64,000 bases of DNA from Candidatus Atabeyarchaeum deiterrae (GCA_037310415.1 CP147780.1:2336001-2400000), one strand, 5' to 3'. Counted from the stretch's first letter, positions 19,986 to 29,543 are shown. Notes: generated from the sequence alone by a model not told the origin. Numbers and translations: made by a program.

Positions 19986-20004
19986 CCAGCGGGACGCCCA
20001 GCGG

Positions 20005-20376
20005 GTGATGAATGCAATGGCCACATTTGCTTTTATGGTATGCACTGCACCGTACACTTTCGAGAACTCCGACACGTTGTATTCGATGATTGATGCTCTG
20101 GTTGAACTGGGACATAAGATCTCGGGCGTCTTCTTCTACATCGACGGCGTCATAAACATCTCTAAGAAGATCAAGGTGGAGAAGGGGGTAAGAGATCTCC
20201 CCATGAAACTTCAGGGCTTAGTTGACCGCGGCATTCCAGTTGTGGCTTGCAGTGCATGTTCAGACTATCGAGGGGTGGAAGAGAGCAGCATAGCAAAAGG
20301 AACCCAATTGGGCGGACTGATGAGTCTGTCAGACTTCATTGAGGAATCCGACAAGATAATCGTGTTCGGCCTTTGA
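20005..20376 (+). CDS. DsrE/TusD-like sulfur relay protein
   Basis: TAPY, VFFYIDGV, ACSACSDYRG, GGL..LSDFIEESDK. Confidence 0.85.
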   Translation: MMNAMATFAFMVCTAPYTFENSDTLYSMIDALVELGHKISGVFFYIDGVINISKKIKVEKGVRDLPMKLQGLVDRGIPVVACSACSDYRGVEESSIAKGTQLGGLMSLSDFIEESDKIIVFGL

Positions 20377-20385
20377 ACTTGACAA

Positions 20386-20769
20386 GTGTGGACGGTGGTA
20401 CATGTGGCAAATCACAAGGTAATGGCAATCTTCAACAAAGCTCCATACGAGCGGATTTCAGTCGCTGAGGGAACTAGGGCTCTTGCTGGACTAGTCACGA
20501 TGGGAACAGAAGGGATTGCAGTATTCATCAGCGACGGAGTGTACGCTCTACTTAAGAACCAGAATCCTACCAGCGTCCACATTGAACCCATCCTGAATTG
20601 GCTAAGACTTCTTGAAACCAATAGGGTTCCAATGAGAGCGATATGGGAGTCACTCTTCCAAAGAGGAATTCAGGAATCTGATCTATTGGATCTGGCTGGT
20701 CTGGAAGTCATTAACTCTAAAGACCTTGCCGAACTGATGCTGAGCTACAATTCCGTATTCGTTATGTGA
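20386..20769 (+). CDS. DsrF/TusC-like protein
   Basis: KAPY....AEG, FISDGVYALLKNQ.P, ESL..RGI. Confidence 0.82.
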   Translation: MWTVVHVANHKVMAIFNKAPYERISVAEGTRALAGLVTMGTEGIAVFISDGVYALLKNQNPTSVHIEPILNWLRLLETNRVPMRAIWESLFQRGIQESDLLDLAGLEVINSKDLAELMLSYNSVFVM

Positions 20770-21122
20770 GCGGAAAAATCTCAGAGGGCGACAATATGAT
20801 ACTATACCTTTTTGGGAAAAGCCCTTTCGAACACAGATCCAATGAAATCTACTTCTATATAGTGGAGATGCAGGGCCGAGCTGGAGTTGATGTGCGGATT
20901 GTCTTGCTGCACGGCGCAGTCATGGTAGCTAGACGAAGCAATCGTTTCGAGGAGCGTTTGAGAAGACTGGTTGACGTAGGCGTGAAGATATACCTTCGCA
21001 AAGAAGATCTTGAAGCCAGAGGTATCAGCGACAAGTCATTGAGCGACATCGGAACCCCCATTGAAACGCGTGAAATGATGAAGCTGGCAGCCGAGTCGGA
21101 TACATTGGTCTCAGTCATATAG
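20766..21122 (+). CDS. DsrH/TusB-like protein
   Basis: KSPF, IVLLHGAV, YLRKEDLEARG. Confidence 0.82.
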   Translation: MSGKISEGDNMILYLFGKSPFEHRSNEIYFYIVEMQGRAGVDVRIVLLHGAVMVARRSNRFEERLRRLVDVGVKIYLRKEDLEARGISDKSLSDIGTPIETREMMKLAAESDTLVSVI

Positions 21123-21193
21123 CAGACGAAGAGTGAGTCGGTCAATGGCAAAGAGATTGGAAAACGCGCAATTGGAAAGTGGGAGTGATGTGA

Positions 21194-21610
21194 GTGAAAA
21201 AGATATGTTTCATAATCTCAAAGAACGACTTCGAGACCTTCTACAAGATGTTGATCCTAGGAACTACTGGCGCCGCAATGGATGTGAAGATGTATTTCTT
21301 CTTCACGTTCTGGGGCTTGAAACTGATTAAGAAGGGCAACAAGCCGAGAGTCGCAGGTATGAGAAATGGAATGAAGAGAATGGCTGGATGGATGTTCCGG
21401 AGGAAGATGGAGAAATTCGGTTACAAGGATCCTGAGATGATGCTGAGAAAGGAAGTGAAGAGGGGAAAGGTAAAGCTCTACCCTTGCTCAATGACGTTCG
21501 AGATGATGGGTCTCAAGAAAGAGGAAATGTGGGATTTCGTCGAAGAACCGGTTGGTGCTGCGACATTCCTGGAACAGTGTGATGGCGCTGATTCTATTAT
21601 TCACATGTAA
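21194..21610 (+). CDS. DsrE2/DsrE-F-like (peroxiredoxin-like) protein
   Basis: FFTFWGL, LYPCSMTFEMMG, VGAATFL. Confidence 0.88.
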   Translation: MKKICFIISKNDFETFYKMLILGTTGAAMDVKMYFFFTFWGLKLIKKGNKPRVAGMRNGMKRMAGWMFRRKMEKFGYKDPEMMLRKEVKRGKVKLYPCSMTFEMMGLKKEEMWDFVEEPVGAATFLEQCDGADSIIHM

Positions 21611-21685
21611 CAGCGCTCTATGACATGGGCTTCGTGTCGAAACGCAGCATCAAGATCCTCCCTTTTTTGAATGTGTTGAAACGAA

Positions 21686-22201
21686 TTGGGAGGATCCCAA
21701 GACTGCATTAATCGAGTCCAGGCAATTGGCGAGGCGTTTGGAATGGGTCACACTTTGGACAATATGGATATTCAAATATTGAAGTTCTTGCAGGAAGACG
21801 GGCGGATGTCATACAGGGAAATCGCCAGCAAACTGGATAGCACGGTAATGACGGTCGCACGCCGTGTCAATCAGTTGAAGAAGATCGGCGCAATAAAGAA
21901 ATTCACTGTTGTAATTGACCCTGAGCTGGTGGGAAAGCACTATAGTATCTGTCTTTTCATTCATCTTGACAACCCGTCTGCAATGAATGATGTCTCATCG
22001 GTGCTATCTCATTCAAAAGATCTCTGCTACGTCCATCACGTGACGGGTGAGTTTGAGATTGCTGCAATGGCAAGGTGTCGAGACAAGGAAGAAGCATCGG
22101 AATTGATAGAGAGAGTCGGGTCCATAAAAGGGGTCGTGAAGGTTATACCTCATAGCGTATTAAAGACGATAAAGGAAAACCTTGATATCGAGCTTCCTTA
22201 G
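21686..22201 (+). CDS. Lrp/AsnC family transcriptional regulator
   Basis: LDNMDIQILKFLQEDGRMSYREIA..., HVTGEFEI. Confidence 0.93.
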   Translation: MGGSQDCINRVQAIGEAFGMGHTLDNMDIQILKFLQEDGRMSYREIASKLDSTVMTVARRVNQLKKIGAIKKFTVVIDPELVGKHYSICLFIHLDNPSAMNDVSSVLSHSKDLCYVHHVTGEFEIAAMARCRDKEEASELIERVGSIKGVVKVIPHSVLKTIKENLDIELP

Positions 22202-22261
22202 TTGCATGAATAACTAGTTTCTTGCATGAACAGCTAAGCCACGATCAAGGTCGAAGTCTCC

Positions 22262-22702
22262 TTGGCAGTCGACTTGATTTCAATCATCGTTGTCTTGGTG
22301 CTGGCCACTTCAGCTGAGATACTCATAGCGATCCCCATCGGCGTATTGATATTTGGAATGGACCCAGCATTGGCTTTCTTGGTGGCTTACCCAGCAAATC
22401 TGATTCCGATAATAATCATCCTTCCGCTAGTAGGATACCTTGACAAAAGGTTTCCGAGGTTCTTCGACTACCTTGCCAGAAGGAGTGGAAGATTTCAGAA
22501 GCGCCTCGAAGGCAAATATGGTTTGGCCTTCTTGTTTTTGATCATCCCGATCACGGGGGTATACGGCGCTTCAATTGCGTCAGGGTTGTTACGGTTTGAC
22601 AAAGAACGATCCTTTCTTGTTCAATCATTGGCTTTGGCGTTCTATGGAGCTATCGAAGTTGTCCTTTTGTACCTGGGAATTCGGTTCATTATTGGACTAT
22701 AG
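22262..22702 (+). CDS. Small multidrug-export-like membrane protein (COG2426-like)
   Basis: EILIAIPIG, ANLIP, KYG...LFLIIPITGVY. Confidence 0.65.
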   Translation: MAVDLISIIVVLVLATSAEILIAIPIGVLIFGMDPALAFLVAYPANLIPIIIILPLVGYLDKRFPRFFDYLARRSGRFQKRLEGKYGLAFLFLIIPITGVYGASIASGLLRFDKERSFLVQSLALAFYGAIEVVLLYLGIRFIIGL

Positions 22703-22734
22703 TGGTTACAAACAGAATTTCTGCTCTGAAATCG

Positions 22735-23229
22735 TCAGAGCCTTGACCCAACCGCCAAAACGATGGCTTTGAGGATCTGAGCTCCACCCAACATCATCAC
22801 GAACACTGTCCAGAACAGAAACCACGTTGTGGTCGTTGCGACTGCGTTGAGGAACACGCTGAATGCGTAACTTACTCCAAACGAGAAAGCTATGTTGGAA
22901 ATTGTCCCAGCTGTTCTCCAAACCGGTGAACGGGCAACGAGTCTCAGAATCAGGATGACGATCAGGAAGACTGCCCAGTCTAGGGTGAATGCTTGTAATG
23001 CACCATAAAGTTCTATGTGTGTAGCTGGATCTGTAGGGGCGGGACCCATCATGCCAGTATTCGGCACATTGGCGACTGTGAAGCTCTTGAAGAAGGCTGA
23101 GAGGTCTTGGAAAAGTTGAGGCATCAGTGCGAAGAATGATCCGGCCAATACAAAGAAGAAAAACACGGATATGCCAGTAATGGGGCCTTCGGCATATGAT
23201 CTCCAGTCAGCCTTACGATTATCGCTCAA
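22735..23229 (-). CDS. Hypothetical integral membrane protein
   Basis: 4 hydrophobic segments; start reassigned to TTG 23229 (MSDNRK) to avoid overlap with divergent gene. Confidence 0.65.
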   Translation of the reverse strand: MSDNRKADWRSYAEGPITGISVFFFFVLAGSFFALMPQLFQDLSAFFKSFTVANVPNTGMMGPAPTDPATHIELYGALQAFTLDWAVFLIVILILRLVARSPVWRTAGTISNIAFSFGVSYAFSVFLNAVATTTTWFLFWTVFVMMLGGAQILKAIVLAVGSRL

Positions 23230-23346
23230 TGCTTTCGCCTCGACAGCATTATTGAGCACAATAATCATATATAATGTTTTTCTGTCTATTCTCGTACCAT
23301 AGATCTTAAATAGCCCCAGCAAATTACATTCATCGAATGAGTAAAG

Positions 23347-23865
23347 GTGATTAGTATGCCTTATTGTCCAAACTGTGGCGCTAGCCTCGAGAAAGAAGTC
23401 ACTTTCTGCCCATATTGCGGCGCGCCGATAAAAGCCGCGCAACGCCAGCAGCCAAAACAACCTTCAACCGCTTCTCAAGTGCCTAGGAGTGAGACGAGAA
23501 CAGAAGCAAGAGAAGAAAGAAGACAGTTGAGAAGACAACTCAGGGAAGAGAGAAGAGAGCATAGAAGAGAGGAGAAAGAAGAAAAGCAAGAGAAAGAAGA
23601 GAAGCATGAGAAACAGGAGAAGCACGAGAAGGGAGAAAAGAAGGAGAAGGAAGAAAAACGTGAGGAACGCAGGCACAGCGCCTTGGGACCGCTCATTGCT
23701 GGTTTGACACTGCTATTTCTAGGTCTCTCATTCTACCTTCAGATAACTGGATATCTTGTACCTGGGACAGTATGGACGCTGGTAATCTCCATTTTCGGTA
23801 TAGTAATCTTCGTAGGAATAGTCTACGCAGCTGTAACGGCAAGCAGGAGACATCCGCGAACCTAG
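23347..23865 (+). CDS. Zinc-ribbon membrane protein with E/K/R-rich linker
   Basis: YCPNCG...FCPYCG; EKxEKx low-complexity tract; two C-terminal TM helices. Confidence 0.85.
   Translation: MISMPYCPNCGASLEKEVTFCPYCGAPIKAAQRQQPKQPSTASQVPRSETRTEAREERRQLRRQLREERREHRREEKEEKQEKEEKHEKQEKHEKGEKKEKEEKREERRHSALGPLIAGLTLLFLGLSFYLQITGYLVPGTVWTLVISIFGIVIFVGIVYAAVTASRRHPRT
23570..23660 (+). repeat. Degenerate 9-bp coding tandem repeat (EKx)n
   Basis: EKEEKQEKEEKHEKQEKHEKGEKKEKEEK encoded by GAGAAR-NNN units. Confidence 0.7.
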
Positions 23866-25034
23866 AGAAAACCCCTGAAGAATAGACGGTATAATCTGTG
23901 TTCCAGAAGCGTTGAAACCTTACGCCTTCCAAACACACGGAAGTAATTGTTGCCAGCCGCTTCAATCATGTCGCCTATATCGTATCTTGGGAACATACAA
24001 GAGGAGATTATGAGTCTTCCCCATTCACCTCTCCTGAGTTCGTGAAGCATTTTAGTCCCTTTGCCTGTCACCACTTCAAAGAGGTATTTGTCATAGTTTG
24101 GAGTAACATACGGCAAGTCATCGAGTTGTTGAGCAAAAACACCTTCGGTTGCGCTGTAGATTTCAACGACTGGCACATGCCCGAAGTACTCTGAGAGCAC
24201 TGGCGCATACTTGAACTGTATTTTTCGCACGCTCGTACAGAAGAGGGCGTGGGGATTCCAGAGCTGTTTTGGCTTTTGTTTGTGCATTCTATTGATGTAT
24301 TTGGCAAAGGATAGAATGACGGGGGTGACACCCATCGTTGCCGTTACATTCTTTCCGAGAGCTGCCGCGTATACAAGTTCGAATCTTCTATGCCAATCTC
24401 CTTTCCTAATGCCTGAGCCTATCGCATCTATTTCCTCTTGTCGGGGTATGAGACTCACATTGCCCAAGGCGGGGTTGAGTTTTGCATACGTACCTGAACT
24501 GTAGCCATATGTCATTCTTCTTCCATCGGTGTTCACGATGTGAACTGCAGACGGGAAATTGAGATTGAGGATGTTACCTGTGAGAATATCAAGGTCGTTC
24601 CTACGTCGTACGTAGTTGACTAGTGCTCTCGCTCCGCATGTGAGGATTTGTTCAAGATGCTTTCGTGTTGCTGGGAGCACTTTCGCTGCTCCCGTCGATC
24701 CTCGTGTCATCACCCAACAGACAAGTGGCTCGGGTAGAATAGAGGAGTTATCTCCTTTTCTCACGGCGGCTAAGTATGGATCGAGCTGCTTGTAATTGAG
24801 AATCGGAAAACTCGCCCTGAAGTCCTCGATGTTCCGAATCTTGGATGCACTATGCTTCTTTCCATAGCGGGTTTTTCCGTATTCTTTACTCAGCTCGGAC
24901 AGAACGATTTCTTGCGCTTCCTTCGGGTTTCTTATGGACTCGTACCAAGGGTCAACTATGGGCTGAAGGATGCTAAGATCATTCTCTGCTTCATGCATTT
25001 TCAACACGTCAGACATTCGGTTTTGGCAAAACAA
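23862..25034 (-). CDS. GH3 family protein (short form, lacks most of C-terminal domain)
   Basis: MTRGSTG..KVLP, YSATEG, RYDIGD, FGR. Confidence 0.85.
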   Translation of the reverse strand: MFCQNRMSDVLKMHEAENDLSILQPIVDPWYESIRNPKEAQEIVLSELSKEYGKTRYGKKHSASKIRNIEDFRASFPILNYKQLDPYLAAVRKGDNSSILPEPLVCWVMTRGSTGAAKVLPATRKHLEQILTCGARALVNYVRRRNDLDILTGNILNLNFPSAVHIVNTDGRRMTYGYSSGTYAKLNPALGNVSLIPRQEEIDAIGSGIRKGDWHRRFELVYAAALGKNVTATMGVTPVILSFAKYINRMHKQKPKQLWNPHALFCTSVRKIQFKYAPVLSEYFGHVPVVEIYSATEGVFAQQLDDLPYVTPNYDKYLFEVVTGKGTKMLHELRRGEWGRLIISSCMFPRYDIGDMIEAAGNNYFRVFGRRKVSTLLEHRLYRLFFRGFL

Positions 25035-25067
25035 TAGGAATGGAAGTTGTGGTTGATATGATGTTAC

Positions 25068-26516
25068 CTATGCTGGGAAGTCTTTCCTTATCCCGGCTAA
25101 GTACTTTGCAACTTCCTTCCGATATTTCACGTCGTATTGTTTGAGTATCGCGATCTCTTCCATTACGGGGCTGCCTCCGCCATGGACCCCTGCTATCTGC
25201 ATTACACCTGCTAAGGACGAGCATATTGCATCGCTGATCGCTCTGTAGCACCGATGAATGTTTTCGGCCGGAACGTCGGATTTCCTCATGATGTATTTGT
25301 TCAGTAGTGGCCCTACTTTTGGATGGTAGAAGTCCTCTTCATAGGGCAGAGTAGCTGCCAGTCCTCCCGCAACATCCGCCAGTATCTCGGCATCATGGTA
25401 CGTGTTGATTCCTGCCTGGCGCCTCCCAACGTTGCAGTACACAGTATTTGGTATATACGTCCCAGACTCATCTTTTTTCGCAGTATAGGAAGCGGCAACG
25501 CCGCTCGCGTAAACGAGTTCAGTTGTGCTTATGAGGTCAGCCAGCTTCGCCTGTATATGCTTTGCATCCTCAACTCCGTTATACTCTGCTACTAATGCAG
25601 TGTAGCCCATAGTAATGTCTCCGATCGCAGGCTTGCATCCTGTATAGCTGTGCCTGTGGAACAATGCGAAGAGCAGTGCCAGCAGGCCTGCCGCTTCTGC
25701 TTCACCGCAGAGGAATACCCGCTCCTTTGGTATGAACGTATTATCGAAAATTGTTAGCGATTCGACGTCCCCGAAGTGCGACATGGGAGCATCAAGTTTC
25801 TTCCTCTCCCTCGAATTTGTCACCCTACAAACAAGGTGAACATTATCCCAGTCCGCAGGAATAGCAAAAGCTACAGCCCAATCTTTCTCATCTGGACCTA
25901 AGAACCTTGTTGGAGTTACGATCAGCTCCTCAGCATATGCGGCAATAGTGTTGTGAGCTTTGGCGCCTCTGACTATTATTCCATCATCCCTCTTTTCAAC
26001 GACTCGCAAATACAAGTCCGGATCCTTCTGCTCGTGTGGTCTTTTGCTCCTGTCACCTTTCACATCGGTTTGAGCACAGTTGGCCGCTATGTCGTTCTTC
26101 TGGAACCACTCCAAGTACTTCAAGTAGCGCTTATTGTAATCCGTGCCAAACCTCTTGTCGACCCCATAAGTTATGACAGAGAGTGCGTTCATTGCGTCAA
26201 TTCCCATGCACCTCTGAATGCATCCACCTGACATTCGACATAGAGTTCTTGTCATCTCCTGTTTCTTAAGAAGGTCTTCAACGCTTTGATGTATGTTGCA
26301 GAAACGGTTGATTTTCTCGCCTGTCAGGTGGGATTTCGCAGTTAGCAACTTCTCGTACTTTGGGTTAGTTGCCAGATCATAGGTGAGAGAAACCACATTT
26401 ATCCCAGGCTTGAGCCTTGGATCGTCGCGTTTTACCACCTCTCCACCTATGTAGATGTTGGGCTTCATCTTCTTGAGTTTCTCATAAAATTCCTTCGATG
26501 TTTTCATTTCAAACAC
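25068..26516 (-). CDS. abfD: 4-hydroxybutyryl-CoA dehydratase (AbfD)-like / 4-HPA hydroxylase family flavoprotein
   Basis: GGCIQRCMG and HRHSYTGCK supply the Cys/Cys/His/Cys [4Fe-4S] ligands; TDVKGDRS, RGAKAH, HGGGSP. Confidence 0.8.
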   Translation of the reverse strand: MFEMKTSKEFYEKLKKMKPNIYIGGEVVKRDDPRLKPGINVVSLTYDLATNPKYEKLLTAKSHLTGEKINRFCNIHQSVEDLLKKQEMTRTLCRMSGGCIQRCMGIDAMNALSVITYGVDKRFGTDYNKRYLKYLEWFQKNDIAANCAQTDVKGDRSKRPHEQKDPDLYLRVVEKRDDGIIVRGAKAHNTIAAYAEELIVTPTRFLGPDEKDWAVAFAIPADWDNVHLVCRVTNSRERKKLDAPMSHFGDVESLTIFDNTFIPKERVFLCGEAEAAGLLALLFALFHRHSYTGCKPAIGDITMGYTALVAEYNGVEDAKHIQAKLADLISTTELVYASGVAASYTAKKDESGTYIPNTVYCNVGRRQAGINTYHDAEILADVAGGLAATLPYEEDFYHPKVGPLLNKYIMRKSDVPAENIHRCYRAISDAICSSLAGVMQIAGVHGGGSPVMEEIAILKQYDVKYRKEVAKYLAGIRKDFPA

Positions 26517-26665
26517 ACCTAAGAACCAGATTAAGATTGAACGAAGTACTATTCAGGAATGATATAAAGGATTTGATGAATCACAGGAAAAATCTGAGTT
26601 CTGCCCACACGGTGAGCTTAGAGAAAACCATGAAGCTTCACACAAATCTCTTGCTGGAAATCGCT

Positions 26666-26887
26666 CTAGCCTCTATCCTTCAAAGTCTGCTCACGTGTTA
26701 ACGCCATAACACAGACTAAGAAAACCACTGTAAGCACAAAAAGGATCCAGAACAGCAATACATCAAGGTCTTCACGCAAAAAGCGACCAGTGAATAAGGA
26801 AGCAATATTGAGCACGACATGTAAACTACCACCTATTGAAATAAGGATCGCAATCCATAACTTCTTAGTAGGTGTATGCCCGGTTCC
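26666..26887 (-). other. Unannotated open frame encoding a two-TM peptide, no canonical start at its 5' end (possible small gene or remnant)
   Basis: Manual translation ...PTKKLWIAILISIGGSLHVVLNIASLFTGRFLREDLDVLLFWILFVLTVVFLVCVMALTREQTLKDRG*. Confidence 0.3.
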
Positions 26888-27068
26888 CTACCCACCTTCT
26901 ACCCTTCAGAGCACCCTTTCCGTCCTTACGTACCTTAGGTGCCAAGTCTCACCATGGAACGCGTCACCCAAAGCGTAAGACTATTGCCCGTGCGATGCGC
27001 AGCCAAGTGCAGTCGCCCACTAGCACAAGGTCTCTCTCAACAGAAAACACACTCAAAACAAAACTACA

Positions 27069-28313
27069 TTAGAAATTCCAAATCTCCCCTTTGAATAGCC
27101 AGTCTGGTATCACATAAGTTCTTGTCCTAGGATGATTTTGAAGAATAAGTCTCAGCATTCTAATTGCAGAATACGCCTCAATCATTAGTTTTCTTTGTTC
27201 CTTCAGATATTCTGGTTCAAATCTATCCTCATCTACTCTGTGAGCAGGCTTCATTCTCATTCTTCTAATCTTTCTGAAAGTCTCAATCATTTCGTCCTTG
27301 GGTCTTGGATCGGGCGTCCTGAACTTAATGTCTAACCAATCTTTGAGGAGGGAAATTGTCGCTTTCGGTCGAACCATCACTTTGCCATCAGATGTCTTTG
27401 TTTCAGTCAGGCAAGTCACATCACGTTGAAAGAAATCCTTGTTAATATTATCAGAAATCATCTTGTCTAACAAGAGGACAAAAGAGTTGTACTCCTTGAG
27501 AGTTGGACGGATTAAGTAAGCAAATTCTCTTGGTCTGTTTACTCTATAACTTTCACGGAAAAGACTAGGACGATCCATTAATCTTGAGAACTCGTTGATT
27601 GTATGCAGTTCTTCACAAAAAGCAACAAATATCGATTCTCTTTCATAGAAATTTCCTGCTGAACTTCTTGCATAATCAGGGTGCAAGAAATATTCGCCTG
27701 TTAGAACTTTGCTATTCCATATTTGCTGGTGTTCCGGTGTCAAGTACGCTAGATATCTGTAAAAGACAGCGACTGCGCGATTCCATGTGCCTTTCTCATA
27801 GCAGAACCCGAAAGACTGTAGCAGAACCTTGTCAGAAGCTTTCATCGACGAAGACGGGTAATACTCATCAGAAACGGAAATCCAGCCTTGAATGTCATCA
27901 CTAGAATAGATGTAGCGGGGGTCATTTCTGTAAGCTTCTAAAACGCTCAGATCAAAGACAGCATAGTTTAATTGTGGTTCACCCAATGCAATTTTCAAGG
28001 TGAATGGTCTATCCTTGAACTTGTTGATATCTACCACTCTTTCGAGGTGCTTTCTTGTTGGGTATGCACAAGCATTCTCTAACCCAATGCTCTCGATCTT
28101 CAAGATTTGCAGGTCTTTGTCGTCCAGTTCAAACGCTTTTATATGTGGATTTCGGTGCTTGTCCCCGAAATTGATCTCGATTGTACCCTCACGCACTAGG
28201 GCAATTATGTTCTCTTTTTCGGATTTGAGACCAGAAAGGGCTAGCCCGTTGAAGTCTCCGGATTTGAGATATTGGTAGGTTGTTTTTTCAAGTAATTCCT
28301 CTTTCTTCACCAA
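27069..28313 (-). CDS. Hypothetical protein with C-terminal HEPN-like Rx4H motif
   Basis: IRRMRMKPAH in a helical C-terminal domain; DNA visibly more AT-rich than flanks; no Walker A seen. Confidence 0.6.
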   Translation of the reverse strand: MVKKEELLEKTTYQYLKSGDFNGLALSGLKSEKENIIALVREGTIEINFGDKHRNPHIKAFELDDKDLQILKIESIGLENACAYPTRKHLERVVDINKFKDRPFTLKIALGEPQLNYAVFDLSVLEAYRNDPRYIYSSDDIQGWISVSDEYYPSSSMKASDKVLLQSFGFCYEKGTWNRAVAVFYRYLAYLTPEHQQIWNSKVLTGEYFLHPDYARSSAGNFYERESIFVAFCEELHTINEFSRLMDRPSLFRESYRVNRPREFAYLIRPTLKEYNSFVLLLDKMISDNINKDFFQRDVTCLTETKTSDGKVMVRPKATISLLKDWLDIKFRTPDPRPKDEMIETFRKIRRMRMKPAHRVDEDRFEPEYLKEQRKLMIEAYSAIRMLRLILQNHPRTRTYVIPDWLFKGEIWNF

Positions 28314-28353
28314 ATTAGTCTAACACCAACGCCTGTTTGTTATGCTTCTTGAA

Positions 28354-28962
28354 TTAATCAGCATGACAGTTCCTCTGTTTGCGGGGTGCGCCAGCTATGT
28401 TCTCGAACCGTTTCTGAATACAGGGATGTGTGTCGAAGAGCCGTTTCATCCTGCCAATCAGTCCATGTTTCTCGGGATTGCCATACATGAGCCTCAACGC
28501 CTGCCTAATGGACTTCTTACCTGCAATTTTTGCAGCCAGAGTGTCAGCCCGCAACTCATCCCTCCTGTCTCTCCACCTTGAGATCAAAATGGAGACACGA
28601 TAACTGACGTATAGAACGGCTAATATCGCAAGCAACGTTACATCACACCTAACGAAAGGAGGAAGCGCTGCAGCAAGCATTGGATACATCACAACAAAAA
28701 TGATCGCAGACAGGATCTCCAGGGCAATCAAAAGCATGATATGCAAGCAAAGGCGTCTCCAGTAATTCCTGCAATGGTACCCCTCGTGAGCAATCACGCT
28801 TCTCATCTGCTGCTCGCTTAGACTTGAAACGAGTATAGGTGCGATGCTTATCCTCCCGTATTTCGTATCCGCATAATGAGCATCAACCGAAACTGCAATT
28901 TTGGGGATCTTTTCCAAACCTATCTTTACTGAAACCTCCTTCGCAAGCTTTCCTAAGTTCAC
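28354..28962 (-). CDS. M48 (HtpX-like) membrane zinc metalloprotease
   Basis: VIAHEGYH (HExxH), two TM helices, ELRAD, THP..KR. Confidence 0.85.
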   Translation of the reverse strand: MNLGKLAKEVSVKIGLEKIPKIAVSVDAHYADTKYGRISIAPILVSSLSEQQMRSVIAHEGYHCRNYWRRLCLHIMLLIALEILSAIIFVVMYPMLAAALPPFVRCDVTLLAILAVLYVSYRVSILISRWRDRRDELRADTLAAKIAGKKSIRQALRLMYGNPEKHGLIGRMKRLFDTHPCIQKRFENIAGAPRKQRNCHAD

Positions 28963-28964
28963 CC

Positions 28965-29150
28965 TTACATGCCCCCATAGACAGCCAACTTCTCTACGTT
29001 TGTCTTTGCCACATCTTCGATCTTCCCAGTCAAGTCTCCAACCTCTGCTGATTTTCCCTCTCCACTAAGGAATTCCCCCTTCACTGCGATGTCAATACAA
29101 GCTATGCTATGTGGCGTTCTTAAATCTTCCATTCCTCCCACAGACGACAA
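28965..29150 (-). CDS. Small hypothetical protein
   Basis: 61-aa ORF ending 2 bp before the M48 start; GGAGG before internal ATG. Confidence 0.3.
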   Translation of the reverse strand: MSSVGGMEDLRTPHSIACIDIAVKGEFLSGEGKSAEVGDLTGKIEDVAKTNVEKLAVYGGM

Positions 29151-29543
29151 ACCCGTTATCGGTATTCGCTCGTCCTCGTTGTCGTCTTAAACCTAGTGGA
29201 AATTTATAGAATAATGTCCCTATTGAAATAGGTGGCTTTCCATAGGAGTCGATTCAAGGTGCACTGCACCGAAACCGAGCCCCTCATCGGAACGCAACAG
29301 TCCGTTTACATAGTATTGCGCGCTGCAAGCTCTCAGCCCACATTTGTGTTATTTGCCGAACTTAAGAACTCAACGGAAGTAGTTCCGCAATTCCTCCATC
29401 CTTTGAAAAAAGGGTGGTCTCCTTGCGGAGGTTTCTATGAGGCGACTCATATCCTTTCTTGCGGATAGCGGCATTTACCTTCATCCGAAAAATCAATAAA
29501 TATCTGTTCTCTCTCTTGGATCCACTATGCTCGAAGGAGAGGT

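Noticed and set aside
26860-27040. GC-richer intergenic stretch considered as SRP RNA, RNase P RNA or group II intron fragment
   Set aside because: No SRP helix-8 motif, RNase P conserved regions or intron domain V could be identified.
27069-28313. Possible ATPase assignment for the 414-aa protein
   Set aside because: No Walker A/B motifs visible.
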